A stretch of 58,174 nucleotides of DNA from Minisyncoccota bacterium (GTDB lineage: Bacteria; Patescibacteriota; Minisyncoccia; Phycocordibacterales; Phycocordibacteraceae), in contig JBBAAE010000004.1 in the NCBI GenBank assembly GCA_041658485.1, positions 1 through 58,174 on the forward strand, given 5' to 3'. The number at the start of each line of letters is the position of its first letter. Within the stretch, counting starts at the first letter, position 1. Below the pieces are notes generated by a model. It was not told where the DNA came from, made no database searches, and saw only the letters and a list, made by a program, of their open reading frames with translations. The translations under genes were made by a program, and so were the position numbers. This document shows, one piece after another, positions 16,644-27,373 of the stretch.

Positions 16644-17270
16644 ATGGCAGCAATTAAACACAAAGCACAGAGGGTTGGTGTCTTTATAGACACACAAAAC
16701 CTCTATCACAGCGCAAAAAACTTATACAAAGCGAGGGTCAATTTCGCAAATGTTCTTAAGGAATCAGTTGCGGGGCGCATCCTTATTCGTGCAGTCGCCT
16801 ATGTGGTGACAACAGAATCTGGCGAAGAGAAAGCATTTTTTGATGCACTTACAAAAATTGGTATCGAAACCAAAACAAAAGACCTCCAAATTTTCTATGG
16901 CGGTGCAAAGAAAGCAGACTGGGATGTTGGTATGGCAGTTGATGCTGTAAAGATGGCCCCAAAACTAGACGCGGTTATTCTTGCAACAGGGGATGGGGAC
17001 TTCGTACCGCTGGTTGAGTACCTTAAAAACAGTCACGGTACGCAAGTGGAAGTTATCTCGTTTGGTAAATCATCCTCAGCACGACTCATAGAGTCCGCAA
17101 ACGACTTTATTGACATGTCGGAAGAACCTAAAAAATTCCTCATGCCTCACGGTAAAAACTTCCTTGATATGGCAGCAGAAGCAATTGGCACTGCCCCAAA
17201 GCATGAGACATTCAATGGCGATGAAGATTCTGCCCCTATGGTAGTTGGATCAGATACGGATGAGAGATAG
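16644..17270 (+). CDS. NYN-domain (LabA/DUF88, PIN-like) protein
   Basis: VFIDTQNLY, KKADWDVGMAVD, LATGDGDFVPLV. Confidence 0.9.
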   Translation: MAAIKHKAQRVGVFIDTQNLYHSAKNLYKARVNFANVLKESVAGRILIRAVAYVVTTESGEEKAFFDALTKIGIETKTKDLQIFYGGAKKADWDVGMAVDAVKMAPKLDAVILATGDGDFVPLVEYLKNSHGTQVEVISFGKSSSARLIESANDFIDMSEEPKKFLMPHGKNFLDMAAEAIGTAPKHETFNGDEDSAPMVVGSDTDER

Positions 17271-17443
17271 AGCAGGGTCTAGTGGTTAGGGGTTAGGGGT
17301 TAGCGTTTAGGGTTTAGCTTTCAAAAAACGTCTTTCACAAAAGGCGTTTTTTGCTATACTCAGCGTATTAAAAGAGTGAGGTTCTCAGATAGGCAGGACG
17401 GCTCGCCGAACCTGAAATCTGCGAATCTCATAACTAAAGAGAT

Positions 17444-19570
17444 ATGCAAAAAAAAGAATTCTCAACTGAGATTGGCGGGAAAAAATTAACCGCTACATTT
17501 ACAGATCTCGCTGAGCAAGCACACGGAAGCGTCATGGTTCGCTACGGCAACACAATAGTGTTTGCAACGGCAGTCATGAGTAAAAAAGAACGCAATGACA
17601 TCGATTACTTTCCACTCACCGTTGAGTACGAAGAGAAGTTTTATGCAGCAGGCTCTATTTTAGGTTCACAATATATCCGGAGAGAAGGCAGGCCGTCTGA
17701 GGATGCGATTCTTTCTGGTCGTGTCATTGACCGCACGGTGCGTCCACTCTTTGATAGCAACCTCCGCCAAGAAGTACAAGTGGTTACTACGGTGCTTTCA
17801 ATTGAAGAAGACGACCCAGATATTCTTGCGGTGAACGCTGCATCAATCGCTCTCGCCATTTCTCCAACCCCATGGAATGGCCCCGTATCTGCAGTGCGCA
17901 TTGGACGAAAAAAGGGAACGACTGAATTTATTGTGAACCCTACCTACGCAATGAGAAATGCCGATGATGCAGAGCTCGACTTACTCGTGTGTGGTAAAGA
18001 CGGCGTAGTTACGATGGTTGAAGTCGGAGCAAAAGAAATTGACGAAGATGTACTTACCGCTGCACTAACGCGCGGAGTTGAAGAAATTGAAAAAATACAG
18101 AAATTCCAAAAGGAAATTATTGCAACTATGGGCAAGCAGAAAAAAATAGTGCCCGAGCGCGTGGTAAATCCACAAATTCCTGAATTCTTTAAGGCAGTAG
18201 AAGGAGAATTCGGAAAAGCAGTTTTCTCAGGTGTTCCTGGTAAAGAGGCAATGGGGGAATTGAAAGATAGATTTTTGAAAACCGTAGCTGAAACCGCCCC
18301 AGAAATAGTAAAAATGGCTGATTCGTATTTTGAAGACCAAGTCGCAGAAGCAATGCGTACTCGCGCTATTGATAATAAAGAGCGCGTTGACGGTAGAGCC
18401 CTTGATGAACTTCGACCACTGTTCGCTGAGGCAGGTGGTTTTTCTCCAATACTTCACGGTTCAGGAATTTTCTATCGAGGAGGAACGCATGTGTTCTCAG
18501 CCCTCACCTTGGGCGGACCCGATGATTCACAAGTGGTGGATTCTATCGAAGGTAAGAAAGTAAAAAAGCACTTCATGCACCACTACAACTTTCCTCCATT
18601 TTCGGTTGGAGAAACCGGACGCATGGGCGGTATGAATCGTCGCATGATTGGTCACGGCGCACTTGCAGAAAAAGCACTCTCAGCTGCTATTCCATCAAGA
18701 GAAATCTTCCCTTACACAATTCGTTTAGTGTCTGAAGCTCTCGCATCAAATGGTTCCACATCCATGGCTTCTGTGTGCGCATCAACACTTGCACTCATGG
18801 ATGGAGGCGTACCAATGACATCTCCAGTAGCTGGTATTGCTATGGGTGTCATGTACGATAGCCCAACTCGTTACGCAATAATGACTGACATCCAAGGACC
18901 TGAAGACCATCATGGCGACATGGACTTTAAAGTAGCGGGCACAAAAAACGGAGTAACTGCAATTCAGCTCGATGTAAAAGTTGAAGGTGTACCAGTAGCA
19001 GTATTAGCAGAAGGACTTATTGCGGCAAAAAAAGCACGTCTAAGTATTCTTGAAGTTATGGCGGGCGCTATTGCAGAACCGCGTAAAGATATTTCACCGC
19101 GCGCACCAAAAATAGTTTCCATCTCAATTCCTGTCGATATGATCGGTATGGTTATTGGTCCACAAGGAAAGAATATTAGAAAAATCGAAGAGGAGACTGG
19201 TGTTGCTTCGGTGACGATAGAAGATGACGGTACGGTATTTCTTACAGGACTTGCTGACGCACCAGAGAAGGCTGCTCAAATAATCCGTGACATGACGCGA
19301 GTATTCAAAGCGGGTGACATTATTGAAGGACCAGTTACTCGTCTCATGAACTTCGGCGCATTCATTAGACTTAACGCTAAAGCTGAGGGGTTGGTGCATA
19401 TTTCTGAAGTTGCACCATTTAGAATAGCGACAGTAGACGAAGCATTTAAAGTCGGAGACATTGTAAAAGTAGTAGTAAAAGAAGTAGACGATCAAGGACG
19501 CGTGAATCTCTCAATAAAAATGATTGATCCAGAGTTTGCGACACGAAAAGGGTTGAAGCCAGCTGCATAG
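17444..19570 (+). CDS. pnp: Polyribonucleotide nucleotidyltransferase (PNPase)
   Basis: YFPLTVEYEEKFYAAG, SNGSTSMASVC, GDMDFKVAGT; KH and S1 domains at the C-terminus. Confidence 0.97.
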   Translation: MQKKEFSTEIGGKKLTATFTDLAEQAHGSVMVRYGNTIVFATAVMSKKERNDIDYFPLTVEYEEKFYAAGSILGSQYIRREGRPSEDAILSGRVIDRTVRPLFDSNLRQEVQVVTTVLSIEEDDPDILAVNAASIALAISPTPWNGPVSAVRIGRKKGTTEFIVNPTYAMRNADDAELDLLVCGKDGVVTMVEVGAKEIDEDVLTAALTRGVEEIEKIQKFQKEIIATMGKQKKIVPERVVNPQIPEFFKAVEGEFGKAVFSGVPGKEAMGELKDRFLKTVAETAPEIVKMADSYFEDQVAEAMRTRAIDNKERVDGRALDELRPLFAEAGGFSPILHGSGIFYRGGTHVFSALTLGGPDDSQVVDSIEGKKVKKHFMHHYNFPPFSVGETGRMGGMNRRMIGHGALAEKALSAAIPSREIFPYTIRLVSEALASNGSTSMASVCASTLALMDGGVPMTSPVAGIAMGVMYDSPTRYAIMTDIQGPEDHHGDMDFKVAGTKNGVTAIQLDVKVEGVPVAVLAEGLIAAKKARLSILEVMAGAIAEPRKDISPRAPKIVSISIPVDMIGMVIGPQGKNIRKIEEETGVASVTIEDDGTVFLTGLADAPEKAAQIIRDMTRVFKAGDIIEGPVTRLMNFGAFIRLNAKAEGLVHISEVAPFRIATVDEAFKVGDIVKVVVKEVDDQGRVNLSIKMIDPEFATRKGLKPAA

Positions 19571-19605
19571 GACACAAAAAGGGGGAGGGTTAGGCGGGGG
19601 TTACA

Positions 19606-20901
19606 ATGATAGATGTAATGGAAATAGCCGAGGAGAACAAAAAAGCACTTGTCGACAACGCTCTTCCATCTAAAGACGAGCTTCTATTGGCTGCGCCGAC
19701 ACAGGAACCTCACTCCGTAATGGTGGTGAATACCCCGACACAACCCATCGCTCCACCTAAAACACTCCCTGTCATTGAAAAAAACGTAGAGAAGCCGATA
19801 ATGCAGGCGCCTTCATTGCCGAAATTTAAAACGGTAGAAGCGTTAGCAAAAGCGGTAAGTTCTTTGTATACAGGCAATGCGGTAGTTGAAGCAACGAAGA
19901 AAATTTTTCCTGTTGCAAAAATTGAAAAAGAAATCGAGAAGTCACCTCTGCAATCTACAGCTGCCGCAAATCCTTTTGAAAGAAGCGCTCGTGAGATAGG
20001 TCTCGAGGAAGAGCCCGTAAGAGAGAAAAACCCGCCACCAGAAATTAACGCAATAAAACAACCTGCTGAGACCGACACTGGACTTCCTCGTGTGCGTACC
20101 TATGCAAACGACATCAGTATTGAAATCAGAAAACGAAACACTACGCTCACTTCAATTGTGGGGGCAGAACAACAGCGCACAATGACCGAGGGGCCATATG
20201 AAGACACTGCGACAATAACCAAACGCGCTAACCGCATGCGAATGTTTTTAATGGGAGCAGTTTTTCTTACTGCCATTGGAATACTGAGCCTCGGCGCCGC
20301 GTTCGTTTTTAATAAACAAACAAACATAAGCACGTCGGAGCGCTTGCTCATACCTGCAAATCACTCAAGAGCGGTAGAGTACGCACCCGAGGAAGCCCTA
20401 CCTATTACTCTCGGAAAGATAAAAGACTCCGCGACACTCAACCTTGGGGAAGTGGAAGCATTTATTATTACTAAAAACGGAATTCCACTTACCACCACCG
20501 ACATCCTTGGTCTTTTTGGTGCGCCAAATGAACTAGTGCGGAACGCGCGAGATGTCATGGTTGGCGTACACGCGTTCGACCATAACCAACCGTTTATTTT
20601 AATTACTGTTTCTGCATACGATCATGCATTCGATGCAATGCTCTCATGGGAAACTCGTATGAATGAAGGATTAGGGAATTTCTTCAGACCGTCATCGCTT
20701 GCTCCCGCAAGCATCGCGTCTACTCCTCCTGCGCTCACATTCACTGATCGTACTATTAAAAATACTGACGTCCGGGAAAGTCAGTTGGAGTGGCACATCG
20801 TGTATACCTTCCTTCGCCCTGATCTCATCCTCATCACTACAAACGAAAGCACGCTTCGTGAAGTAATAACTCGACTTTCACTGCAAAGTAGCCAGAACTA
20901 G
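19606..20901 (+). CDS. Hypothetical single-pass membrane protein
   Basis: Low-complexity N-terminal half, RVRTYANDI motif, one TM (FLMGAVFLTAIGILSLGAAFVF) and a globular C-terminal domain. Confidence 0.7.
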   Translation: MIDVMEIAEENKKALVDNALPSKDELLLAAPTQEPHSVMVVNTPTQPIAPPKTLPVIEKNVEKPIMQAPSLPKFKTVEALAKAVSSLYTGNAVVEATKKIFPVAKIEKEIEKSPLQSTAAANPFERSAREIGLEEEPVREKNPPPEINAIKQPAETDTGLPRVRTYANDISIEIRKRNTTLTSIVGAEQQRTMTEGPYEDTATITKRANRMRMFLMGAVFLTAIGILSLGAAFVFNKQTNISTSERLLIPANHSRAVEYAPEEALPITLGKIKDSATLNLGEVEAFIITKNGIPLTTTDILGLFGAPNELVRNARDVMVGVHAFDHNQPFILITVSAYDHAFDAMLSWETRMNEGLGNFFRPSSLAPASIASTPPALTFTDRTIKNTDVRESQLEWHIVYTFLRPDLILITTNESTLREVITRLSLQSSQN

Positions 20902-20960
20902 CCACTAGGGTATAGCCAATAGGGAAATTTCAAAATCAGACCCTACACCCTAGTGGCTAG
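20898..20960. repeat. Heptamer-arm hairpin
   Basis: Perfect 14-bp inverted repeat CTAGCCACTAGGGT (20898-20911) / ACCCTAGTGGCTAG (20947-20960); includes the upstream stop codon. Confidence 0.65.
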
Positions 20961-20986
20961 TGGCTGATTTATGTTAGGATGCCCAA

Positions 20987-21361
20987 ATGCTCACACAAAA
21001 TGACCTAGTAAAATTTAAGAAATTACTCGAAGAAGAGAAGGTACTTCTTGAAACCGAGCTTTCTGAACTTGGCAGTAGAAATCCCTCAAACACTTCAGAT
21101 TGGGTACCGTCAAAGCCTGCAGGAGATGAGTTTGGTGCTGATCGGAATGACAATGCCGACATCATTGAAGATATGCAGGATAACAATGCGGCTCTCAATG
21201 AACTTGAAGGTAGGTTGAATCAAGTAGTAAATGCACTTTTAAAAATCACAGAGGGCACCTATGGTACTTGTGAAATTTCTGGTGAATTAATTGAAATGGA
21301 TCGCCTCGAAGCAAACCCGGCCTCTCCTACCTGCAAAAAGCACATGCGAGAAACTGTGTAG
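20987..21361 (+). CDS. DksA/TraR-family zinc-finger protein
   Basis: Coiled coil with D..D.A, then YGTCEISGELIEMDRLEANPASPTCKKH. Confidence 0.82.
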   Translation: MLTQNDLVKFKKLLEEEKVLLETELSELGSRNPSNTSDWVPSKPAGDEFGADRNDNADIIEDMQDNNAALNELEGRLNQVVNALLKITEGTYGTCEISGELIEMDRLEANPASPTCKKHMRETV

Positions 21362-21419
21362 TTTTTTTCGAAAGTTTCAAAATCCCATTCAAGTCTGTAG
21401 AGATATTTCTCAACACAAG

Positions 21420-21441
21420 ACTATACGATTAATCGTATAGT
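21420..21441. repeat. 22-bp perfect palindrome, family 2
   Basis: ACTATACGATT|AATCGTATAGT; the same arms occur at 27381-27402. Confidence 0.65.
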
Positions 21442-21569
21442 TAGGAATTATATATATTAAAGCCCCTATTAAGAATAGCGGGGGGCAGAACAATCTGATA
21501 GAAAACACTTTAGGCTGAATCTTCTGCGTACGTATACATTACCTCTTAGGCTTTGCGCGTAGGCGCAGA

Positions 21570-23099
21570 ATGCCTGCTATCATGCTCACTATGTTTGCAC
21601 GCGTGTATAGCGTTCAGCCCGGATTCCCTCACTCTGAAATTGTTACTGTGGAAGCGGATGTCACTGAAAAAACACTGTATGCATTTTCAGTTGTAGGTCT
21701 TGCTGACAAAGCCGTTGAAGAAGCGCGCGACCGACTCTCCGCTGCCATAAAACATTCTGGTTTTAAATCACCGAAGACATTCAATCACAAAATAGTTATC
21801 TCACTTGCCCCCGCTGGACTTAAAAAGGAAGGGGCAGTTTTTGATTTACCGATGGCGCTTTCATATCTCTTATCTGCGGAAGAAATTTCATTTGATCCTA
21901 CAAAAACGGCATTCCTCGGAGAGTTAGCACTCGACGGAACACTCCGAGAAGTGCGGGGGATATTACCGGCAACGCTCACCGCAAAAGCAAAGGGGTTCAC
22001 TGCAATTATTGTTCCTGAAAAAAATGCAAAGGAGGCAGCTCTCGTTGCCGACATCTCCGTCTTCGGAGCGACATCGCTTCGAGAAGTTATTGAACATATA
22101 ACGGGTAAAAAAGAATTAGTGGAGACAGCGCATCATGCGGGCGAGAGTGTGGAAAGTGAACTTCCACACGTGGACATCGCGGATATAAAAGGACAAGAGA
22201 CTGCAAAGCGCGGGCTTGAAATTGCTGCAGCGGGTCGACACAATATTGCTTTTGTAGGCCCACCCGGCACAGGAAAAACGATGCTCGCACATGCGCTTGC
22301 AGGAATACTCCCACCACTATCTTTTGAAGAGGCAGTAGAAGTAACGGCTATTCACTCCGTTGCAGGAACTCTTACAGAAACACTCATACGCTTTGCCCCT
22401 ATTCGTGCGCCTCACCACACATCGTCATATGTTGCACTCGTTGGTGGAGGTAACGCGCTTCGTCCAGGAGAAATAACGCTCGCGCATCGTGGCGTTCTCT
22501 TCCTTGATGAATTTCCTGAATTTGATAGACGAACACTTGAAGCACTGCGGGAGCCCTTAGAAAATCGAGCAATAACAATCTCAAGGGCTATTGGTTCAAC
22601 AACATTTCCTGCCAATATTATGTTGGTGGCGGCAATGAATCCGCCAGAAAATAATGCCGACCCGCGAGAGATGGCGCGTTTTCAAAAAAAGCTTTCTGGT
22701 GCCATCATTGACAGAATTGATGTGTGGATTGATGCTCCGCATGTGCCCCACGAAAAACTTGGTAGCAAAAACGAGTCTGAAAAATCGCACGCAGTACAAA
22801 AGCGCGTTATAAACGCTAGGAAAAAACAAATTATACGATCTAAAAAATTAAAACTCACCATAAGCACGAACAGCGAACTCCCTTCAAAAGTGCTGGATGA
22901 ACAGGTAGGCATTTCTACCGACGCACAGAGCACCCTCACTGGGGCCGCAAAAAACCTAAAACTCTCGCCTCGCTCATACCACCGAGTCCTTCGACTGGCA
23001 CGCACCATCGCTGACCTTGGAGATTCTAATCTAGTTACCGCTGAACATGTCCTTGAAGCACTCCAATACCGTCCACGCATTTTACAAAGTAGACGATAG
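21570..23099 (+). CDS. comM: ComM/YifB Mg-chelatase-like AAA+ ATPase
   Basis: Lon-like N-terminus (LAPAGLKKEGAVFDLPMA), GPPGTGKT, PGEITLAHRGVLFLDEFPEF, LSPRSYHRVLRLARTIADL. The start may be 12-21 nt downstream. Confidence 0.92.
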   Translation: MPAIMLTMFARVYSVQPGFPHSEIVTVEADVTEKTLYAFSVVGLADKAVEEARDRLSAAIKHSGFKSPKTFNHKIVISLAPAGLKKEGAVFDLPMALSYLLSAEEISFDPTKTAFLGELALDGTLREVRGILPATLTAKAKGFTAIIVPEKNAKEAALVADISVFGATSLREVIEHITGKKELVETAHHAGESVESELPHVDIADIKGQETAKRGLEIAAAGRHNIAFVGPPGTGKTMLAHALAGILPPLSFEEAVEVTAIHSVAGTLTETLIRFAPIRAPHHTSSYVALVGGGNALRPGEITLAHRGVLFLDEFPEFDRRTLEALREPLENRAITISRAIGSTTFPANIMLVAAMNPPENNADPREMARFQKKLSGAIIDRIDVWIDAPHVPHEKLGSKNESEKSHAVQKRVINARKKQIIRSKKLKLTISTNSELPSKVLDEQVGISTDAQSTLTGAAKNLKLSPRSYHRVLRLARTIADLGDSNLVTAEHVLEALQYRPRILQSRR

Positions 23100-23120
23100 T
23101 AGAGGAGTTACAATACAAGC

Positions 23121-24029
23121 ATGGCAGGAGGGTCAAAAAATAACTTATTTTCTTTTTTCGGTGGAAAGAAACGCATACCGAAAGATTCTTACAAATCCTA
23201 CTTTGCTTGGGCTGTTGGTGTCGATGCTGCACTTTTTTGGCTTCCTGGGGCAGATGATTTTTTCATTCTATTTTGTCGTGGCATGTGGTGGCTTAACGGA
23301 TACAGCACCGACAAAATGCTGGTCTCAACAGCATTAAATCTTTTTGGGGGAATATTCCCAGTCGCACCATGTTCAACAATCTTCGTGATGGTTTCATATC
23401 GCATTAACAAAGCAAACACCGAGCCATTAGCTGGGGAAGAAAGCGAGGGAAAATCGAGAACGGAAGAGGCTGAGGGAAAAGCCATTCGTGCACTCCAAGG
23501 GAAAAACCCTGGAACACAAGGTGGTGGACCAGAAAAACAAGCGACTCCAGAAAAGAGTGGCGGTCCTGAAAATAAAGCGGGTGGGGCAGGTGGAAATCGA
23601 GACGCTGAGCACTTAGTAAATAAAGATAGCGGCCGCCCGCAAAGTCAGTCACTAAAAGAGACTTCGAACAAAAGTACTCCAACATCAAATAAATCATTCG
23701 ATGGTGTCAACCCGCAGAAAAAAAATGAACCTGCACAAAAACCTACCTACCAACCAACACAACCCGCTTTCAGACGACCCCCTGCAAATGACAACGAGGC
23801 AGATGGAGAGGATTACGAAACTGAAAACCTCGTACATAAAGAAGGGGCTCGTCCTCAGGGTCAATCCTTAAACGGAACATCAAGCAACAGCACCCCAACA
23901 TCAGACACTCCTGAACCAGAAGAACTGTCCGACGAAGACACCGAGGAGCCTGCGCAATTAGAAACTCCTGACAACGATGAAGATGGGGAGGAGGGAGAAT
24001 TTTTTGACAACGCAAGACGCGTTGCTTGA
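23121..24029 (+). CDS. Hypothetical protein: membrane hairpin plus a long disordered acidic tail with an internal repeat
   Basis: Hydrophobic aa 28-95; duplicated segments EHLVNKDSGRPQSQSLKETSNKSTPTS and ENLVHKEGARPQGQSLNGTSSNSTPTS. Confidence 0.65.
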   Translation: MAGGSKNNLFSFFGGKKRIPKDSYKSYFAWAVGVDAALFWLPGADDFFILFCRGMWWLNGYSTDKMLVSTALNLFGGIFPVAPCSTIFVMVSYRINKANTEPLAGEESEGKSRTEEAEGKAIRALQGKNPGTQGGGPEKQATPEKSGGPENKAGGAGGNRDAEHLVNKDSGRPQSQSLKETSNKSTPTSNKSFDGVNPQKKNEPAQKPTYQPTQPAFRRPPANDNEADGEDYETENLVHKEGARPQGQSLNGTSSNSTPTSDTPEPEELSDEDTEEPAQLETPDNDEDGEEGEFFDNARRVA

Positions 24030-24032
24030 AAT

Positions 24033-25205
24033 TTAAAAAGGATTCGTGGCACCACGAATCTCGAAGTGAAGGTGTGCGCCTGTTGAGCGGCCAGTGTTAC
24101 CCGAAAGACCAATCACCTGCCCCTGAACCACTGATGCACCTGCGGACACCTGTGTTTTTGATAGGTGACCATAGACGGTTTGCGTTCCATTTGAACACTG
24201 AATAACAATGTAATCGCCGTATCCTCCATTCCAACCTGAGTCTCTACTTACTAGAACTGTGCCGGGGCATGATGCCATAACCGATGTCCCAATTGGAACA
24301 CTAATATCAACTCCGTTATAGCCGTGGAGACCTTGGGACTTTCTACCGCCAATGAGAGGGCGGAGGTAATAACCTTCAACTACAGGCCCCCCCGCGCCAC
24401 GAATAAGCTTTGAGTTGCCTGCCGATGTTGGAGTGGAAGATTTTGTTACCAGTGGGGCATCAACACCGTCAGGAATAACGATTGAGTCACCAACCGCCAA
24501 CTTTGCTCCTGCGGATAAGCTATTAAAGTCTAGTACCTCTTGCATGTCGCCTTTATACTTCTTAACAATAGACGCGAGCGTTTCGCCTTTTAAAACAACA
24601 TGCTCGACTCCAGTAACCGGAAGAATAACGAGGGTATCTCCAGGACGAACTGATTTAGCATTTGTCAGATTGTTTGCCCAAAGAATGGTGTTGGGAGAAA
24701 CACGAAACATCGCGGCTATTTCTGAAAGAGAATCTCCTTCACGAACGACATATATTGAAATCTGATTTGAGTGTGGCTTCTGATCTTGTATGTCAGCAAG
24801 AGTCCCCTCTGGTCCAGTTTCTGGAACAAGAGCCACTCCTCCAACTATAGTTATATCCCCACCACCCTTTGCTGGATTCGGATCTACATTCACTGCCGCC
24901 CGAAGAGCTGGAGTTTTTGAAGCAGAAAAGGCTGTAATAGAAGGGGTCTCTGATACGGCAGAGGATAGGGGAGCAAAAAAGTCCGACAATGAAGAGAAGA
25001 AAGAAGCATGAGCTTCTTTAAATGTACCGAGGCACGAAAAAAGGACTATGACGGTAATAAAAACCGAAGCAAACTTTCTTTGTGTAGCTCGGGAACCTGC
25101 ATGTGCAATGTCGCGGGCGTTGTTCTCTTTTGTTTTTATATGCAATCCCCACTCAGGGTAGCCAACAGGTGTTTCAAGTAAAATGGCTCCATTAAGCCAA
25201 AACAA
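24033..25205 (-). CDS. LysM-domain M23 family peptidase
   Basis: Two LysM repeats (YVVREGDSLSEIA, HVVLKGETLASI); M23 motifs HGYNGVD, TVYGHL and STGAHLHFEIR. Start position uncertain. Confidence 0.9.
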   Translation of the reverse strand: MFWLNGAILLETPVGYPEWGLHIKTKENNARDIAHAGSRATQRKFASVFITVIVLFSCLGTFKEAHASFFSSLSDFFAPLSSAVSETPSITAFSASKTPALRAAVNVDPNPAKGGGDITIVGGVALVPETGPEGTLADIQDQKPHSNQISIYVVREGDSLSEIAAMFRVSPNTILWANNLTNAKSVRPGDTLVILPVTGVEHVVLKGETLASIVKKYKGDMQEVLDFNSLSAGAKLAVGDSIVIPDGVDAPLVTKSSTPTSAGNSKLIRGAGGPVVEGYYLRPLIGGRKSQGLHGYNGVDISVPIGTSVMASCPGTVLVSRDSGWNGGYGDYIVIQCSNGTQTVYGHLSKTQVSAGASVVQGQVIGLSGNTGRSTGAHLHFEIRGATNPF

Positions 25206-25405
25206 GAAACGCGGACGAACAGTCGTTCAACCACTATACCGAGCTGACAATTGAAGTCAATCGTCTTAAAAGGCTTCGGGGGACAACAAAAAATGCCATA
25301 AAAATTGACAAATGCTGGTAAAAATATCGAAATAAATACGCCGGGGGAGTGTCCTCGACACAATCCTCAGAACTATTTTGCAACCCTACTGTTATAGTAC
25401 GTTTT

Positions 25406-27340
25406 GTGGATCACCTTAAACACCTAAACGAAGCTCAAAAGAAGGCGGTTCTGCATTCCAAGGGGGCACTCCTTATATTGGCGGGAGCAGGAGCGGGTAA
25501 AACGAGGGTTATTGTGCACCGCATAGCTGAAATAATCCGCGAAGGTACAGCACCACAGCGTATTTTGGCAGTTACATTCACCAATAAGGCGGCTAAGGAG
25601 ATGAAAGAGCGTGTTTCCCACCTTATAAAGACCGATTTGGTTCTTTCTCCGTATGACACCCCAAGACACGACCCCTTTATAGGCACATTTCATAGGCTGG
25701 CCTTAGAAATAATAAAAACATTCCACCACGCAGTAGGGTTGCCAGCGCGTTTCACTATTTATGACCGTGCAGATTCTACCCGCGCCATGAGGGAAGCTAT
25801 CACCGCGGCCGGCTTCGACCCAAAACAACTAGAACCTCGCAAAGTAATTTCTATAATGAGCCGAAAGAAAGGAGAGGCCGTCGGGCAAAGAGAATTTCAG
25901 AATGAGCATGCATCCTCATATATCGATGAAGCAGTTGGGGAAGTTTGGGGACGCTACGAAGCTATTTTGAAAAAAGAAAAAGCACTCGATTTTGATGACA
26001 TCCTCCTTACAGCGCACTGGCTTCTTACTAACCATCCTCCTGCGCGAGAACATTTTCAGAATACCTGGGACTACATTCACGTGGATGAGTACCAAGACAC
26101 CAACCGCGTGCAATATGAAATTGTAAAGCTACTGAGCGAGCACCATGGCAACATCGCGGCCGTTGGTGATGTTGATCAAAACATTTATAGCTGGCGAGGA
26201 GCTTCCATCGAACACATTATGAATTTTGAAAAAGCATTTCCAAATGCAGAAATAATTTTACTCACAGAAAACTACCGTTCCACCAAAACAATTTTATCCG
26301 CTGCAAACGATGCCATAGCAAAAAATGTAAATCGCCGAGACAAGGAATTGCACACAAATAATGAAGATGGAGAAAAAATACAAGTGGCAGGATTTGCAGA
26401 TGAAAATGAAGAATCAAACTTTATTGCGCGTGAAGCACGGAACTTGATAGGGAAAGGGCTTCGTGCAGAAGATATTGCGGTTTTGTATCGCGCAAACTTT
26501 CAATCGAGAGTCTTGGAAGAAGGATTTTTGCGAGCCGGAGTTCCATACCAAGTTCTTGGTACTCGATTTTTTGAACGCAAAGAAGTGAAAGATGCACTCT
26601 CCTATTTGCGCGCAGCCCTGAACCCTGATTCTGCAGCCGATATAACACGCGCAATTGCAACGCCGTCTCGTGGCATTGGTAAGGTCACACTCGCAAAAAT
26701 AATTAATCATCAAGAAGAAAATCTTCCTGCTTCAGCAAAAGAAAAAATACATCTCTTTCGTCAAACACTTTCTCGCATCGCAAAAGCCATAGAGGGAAAA
26801 AGCACATCAGAAGCAGTATATTTTGCTCTCACCGAAAGTGGCATGTGGCGTTTGTATTCTGAAAAAAACGCTGAGGATGCAGAGAGACTTGAAAACCTAA
26901 AAGAGCTCGTTACTGTTGCCACAAAATACGACACGCTTCCACTGGGAACTGGTATTGAACGCCTTATAGAAGAAGCCGTACTACAGTCGGATCAAGATGA
27001 ACTAGAAAAGCCAAAAGCTGGCGTGAAGTTAATGACCGTGCACGCCGCAAAAGGCTTAGAGTTTAGTGTTGTCTTTATTGCTGGCTTAGAAGAAGGGTTA
27101 TTCCCTCATGAACGAGATGGTGCAGACGGCGTAGACACTGAAGAAGAGCGACGGCTTTTTTATGTTGCTCTCACGCGCGCAAAAAGCCTTGTATATACAA
27201 CCTATGCGCGAACACGTCGAATATTTGGCACACGCTCGGAAAATACGCCTTCAGTTTTCATTACTGAACTCGATCCGGAGTATCGCGATGTGGTAGTGTT
27301 TCCTTTCTGGAACAATGACGAAATGCGGACAATATCTTAA
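25406..27340 (+). CDS. pcrA: ATP-dependent DNA helicase PcrA/UvrD
   Basis: LAGAGAGKT, VDEYQDTN, VGDVDQNIYSWRGA, ENYRST, HAAKGLEF, EERRLFYVALTRA; start set at GTG 25406. Confidence 0.95.
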   Translation: MDHLKHLNEAQKKAVLHSKGALLILAGAGAGKTRVIVHRIAEIIREGTAPQRILAVTFTNKAAKEMKERVSHLIKTDLVLSPYDTPRHDPFIGTFHRLALEIIKTFHHAVGLPARFTIYDRADSTRAMREAITAAGFDPKQLEPRKVISIMSRKKGEAVGQREFQNEHASSYIDEAVGEVWGRYEAILKKEKALDFDDILLTAHWLLTNHPPAREHFQNTWDYIHVDEYQDTNRVQYEIVKLLSEHHGNIAAVGDVDQNIYSWRGASIEHIMNFEKAFPNAEIILLTENYRSTKTILSAANDAIAKNVNRRDKELHTNNEDGEKIQVAGFADENEESNFIAREARNLIGKGLRAEDIAVLYRANFQSRVLEEGFLRAGVPYQVLGTRFFERKEVKDALSYLRAALNPDSAADITRAIATPSRGIGKVTLAKIINHQEENLPASAKEKIHLFRQTLSRIAKAIEGKSTSEAVYFALTESGMWRLYSEKNAEDAERLENLKELVTVATKYDTLPLGTGIERLIEEAVLQSDQDELEKPKAGVKLMTVHAAKGLEFSVVFIAGLEEGLFPHERDGADGVDTEEERRLFYVALTRAKSLVYTTYARTRRIFGTRSENTPSVFITELDPEYRDVVVFPFWNNDEMRTIS

Positions 27341-27373
27341 GTTGTTGTTTGAGAATAATTACTATGGTATCAG

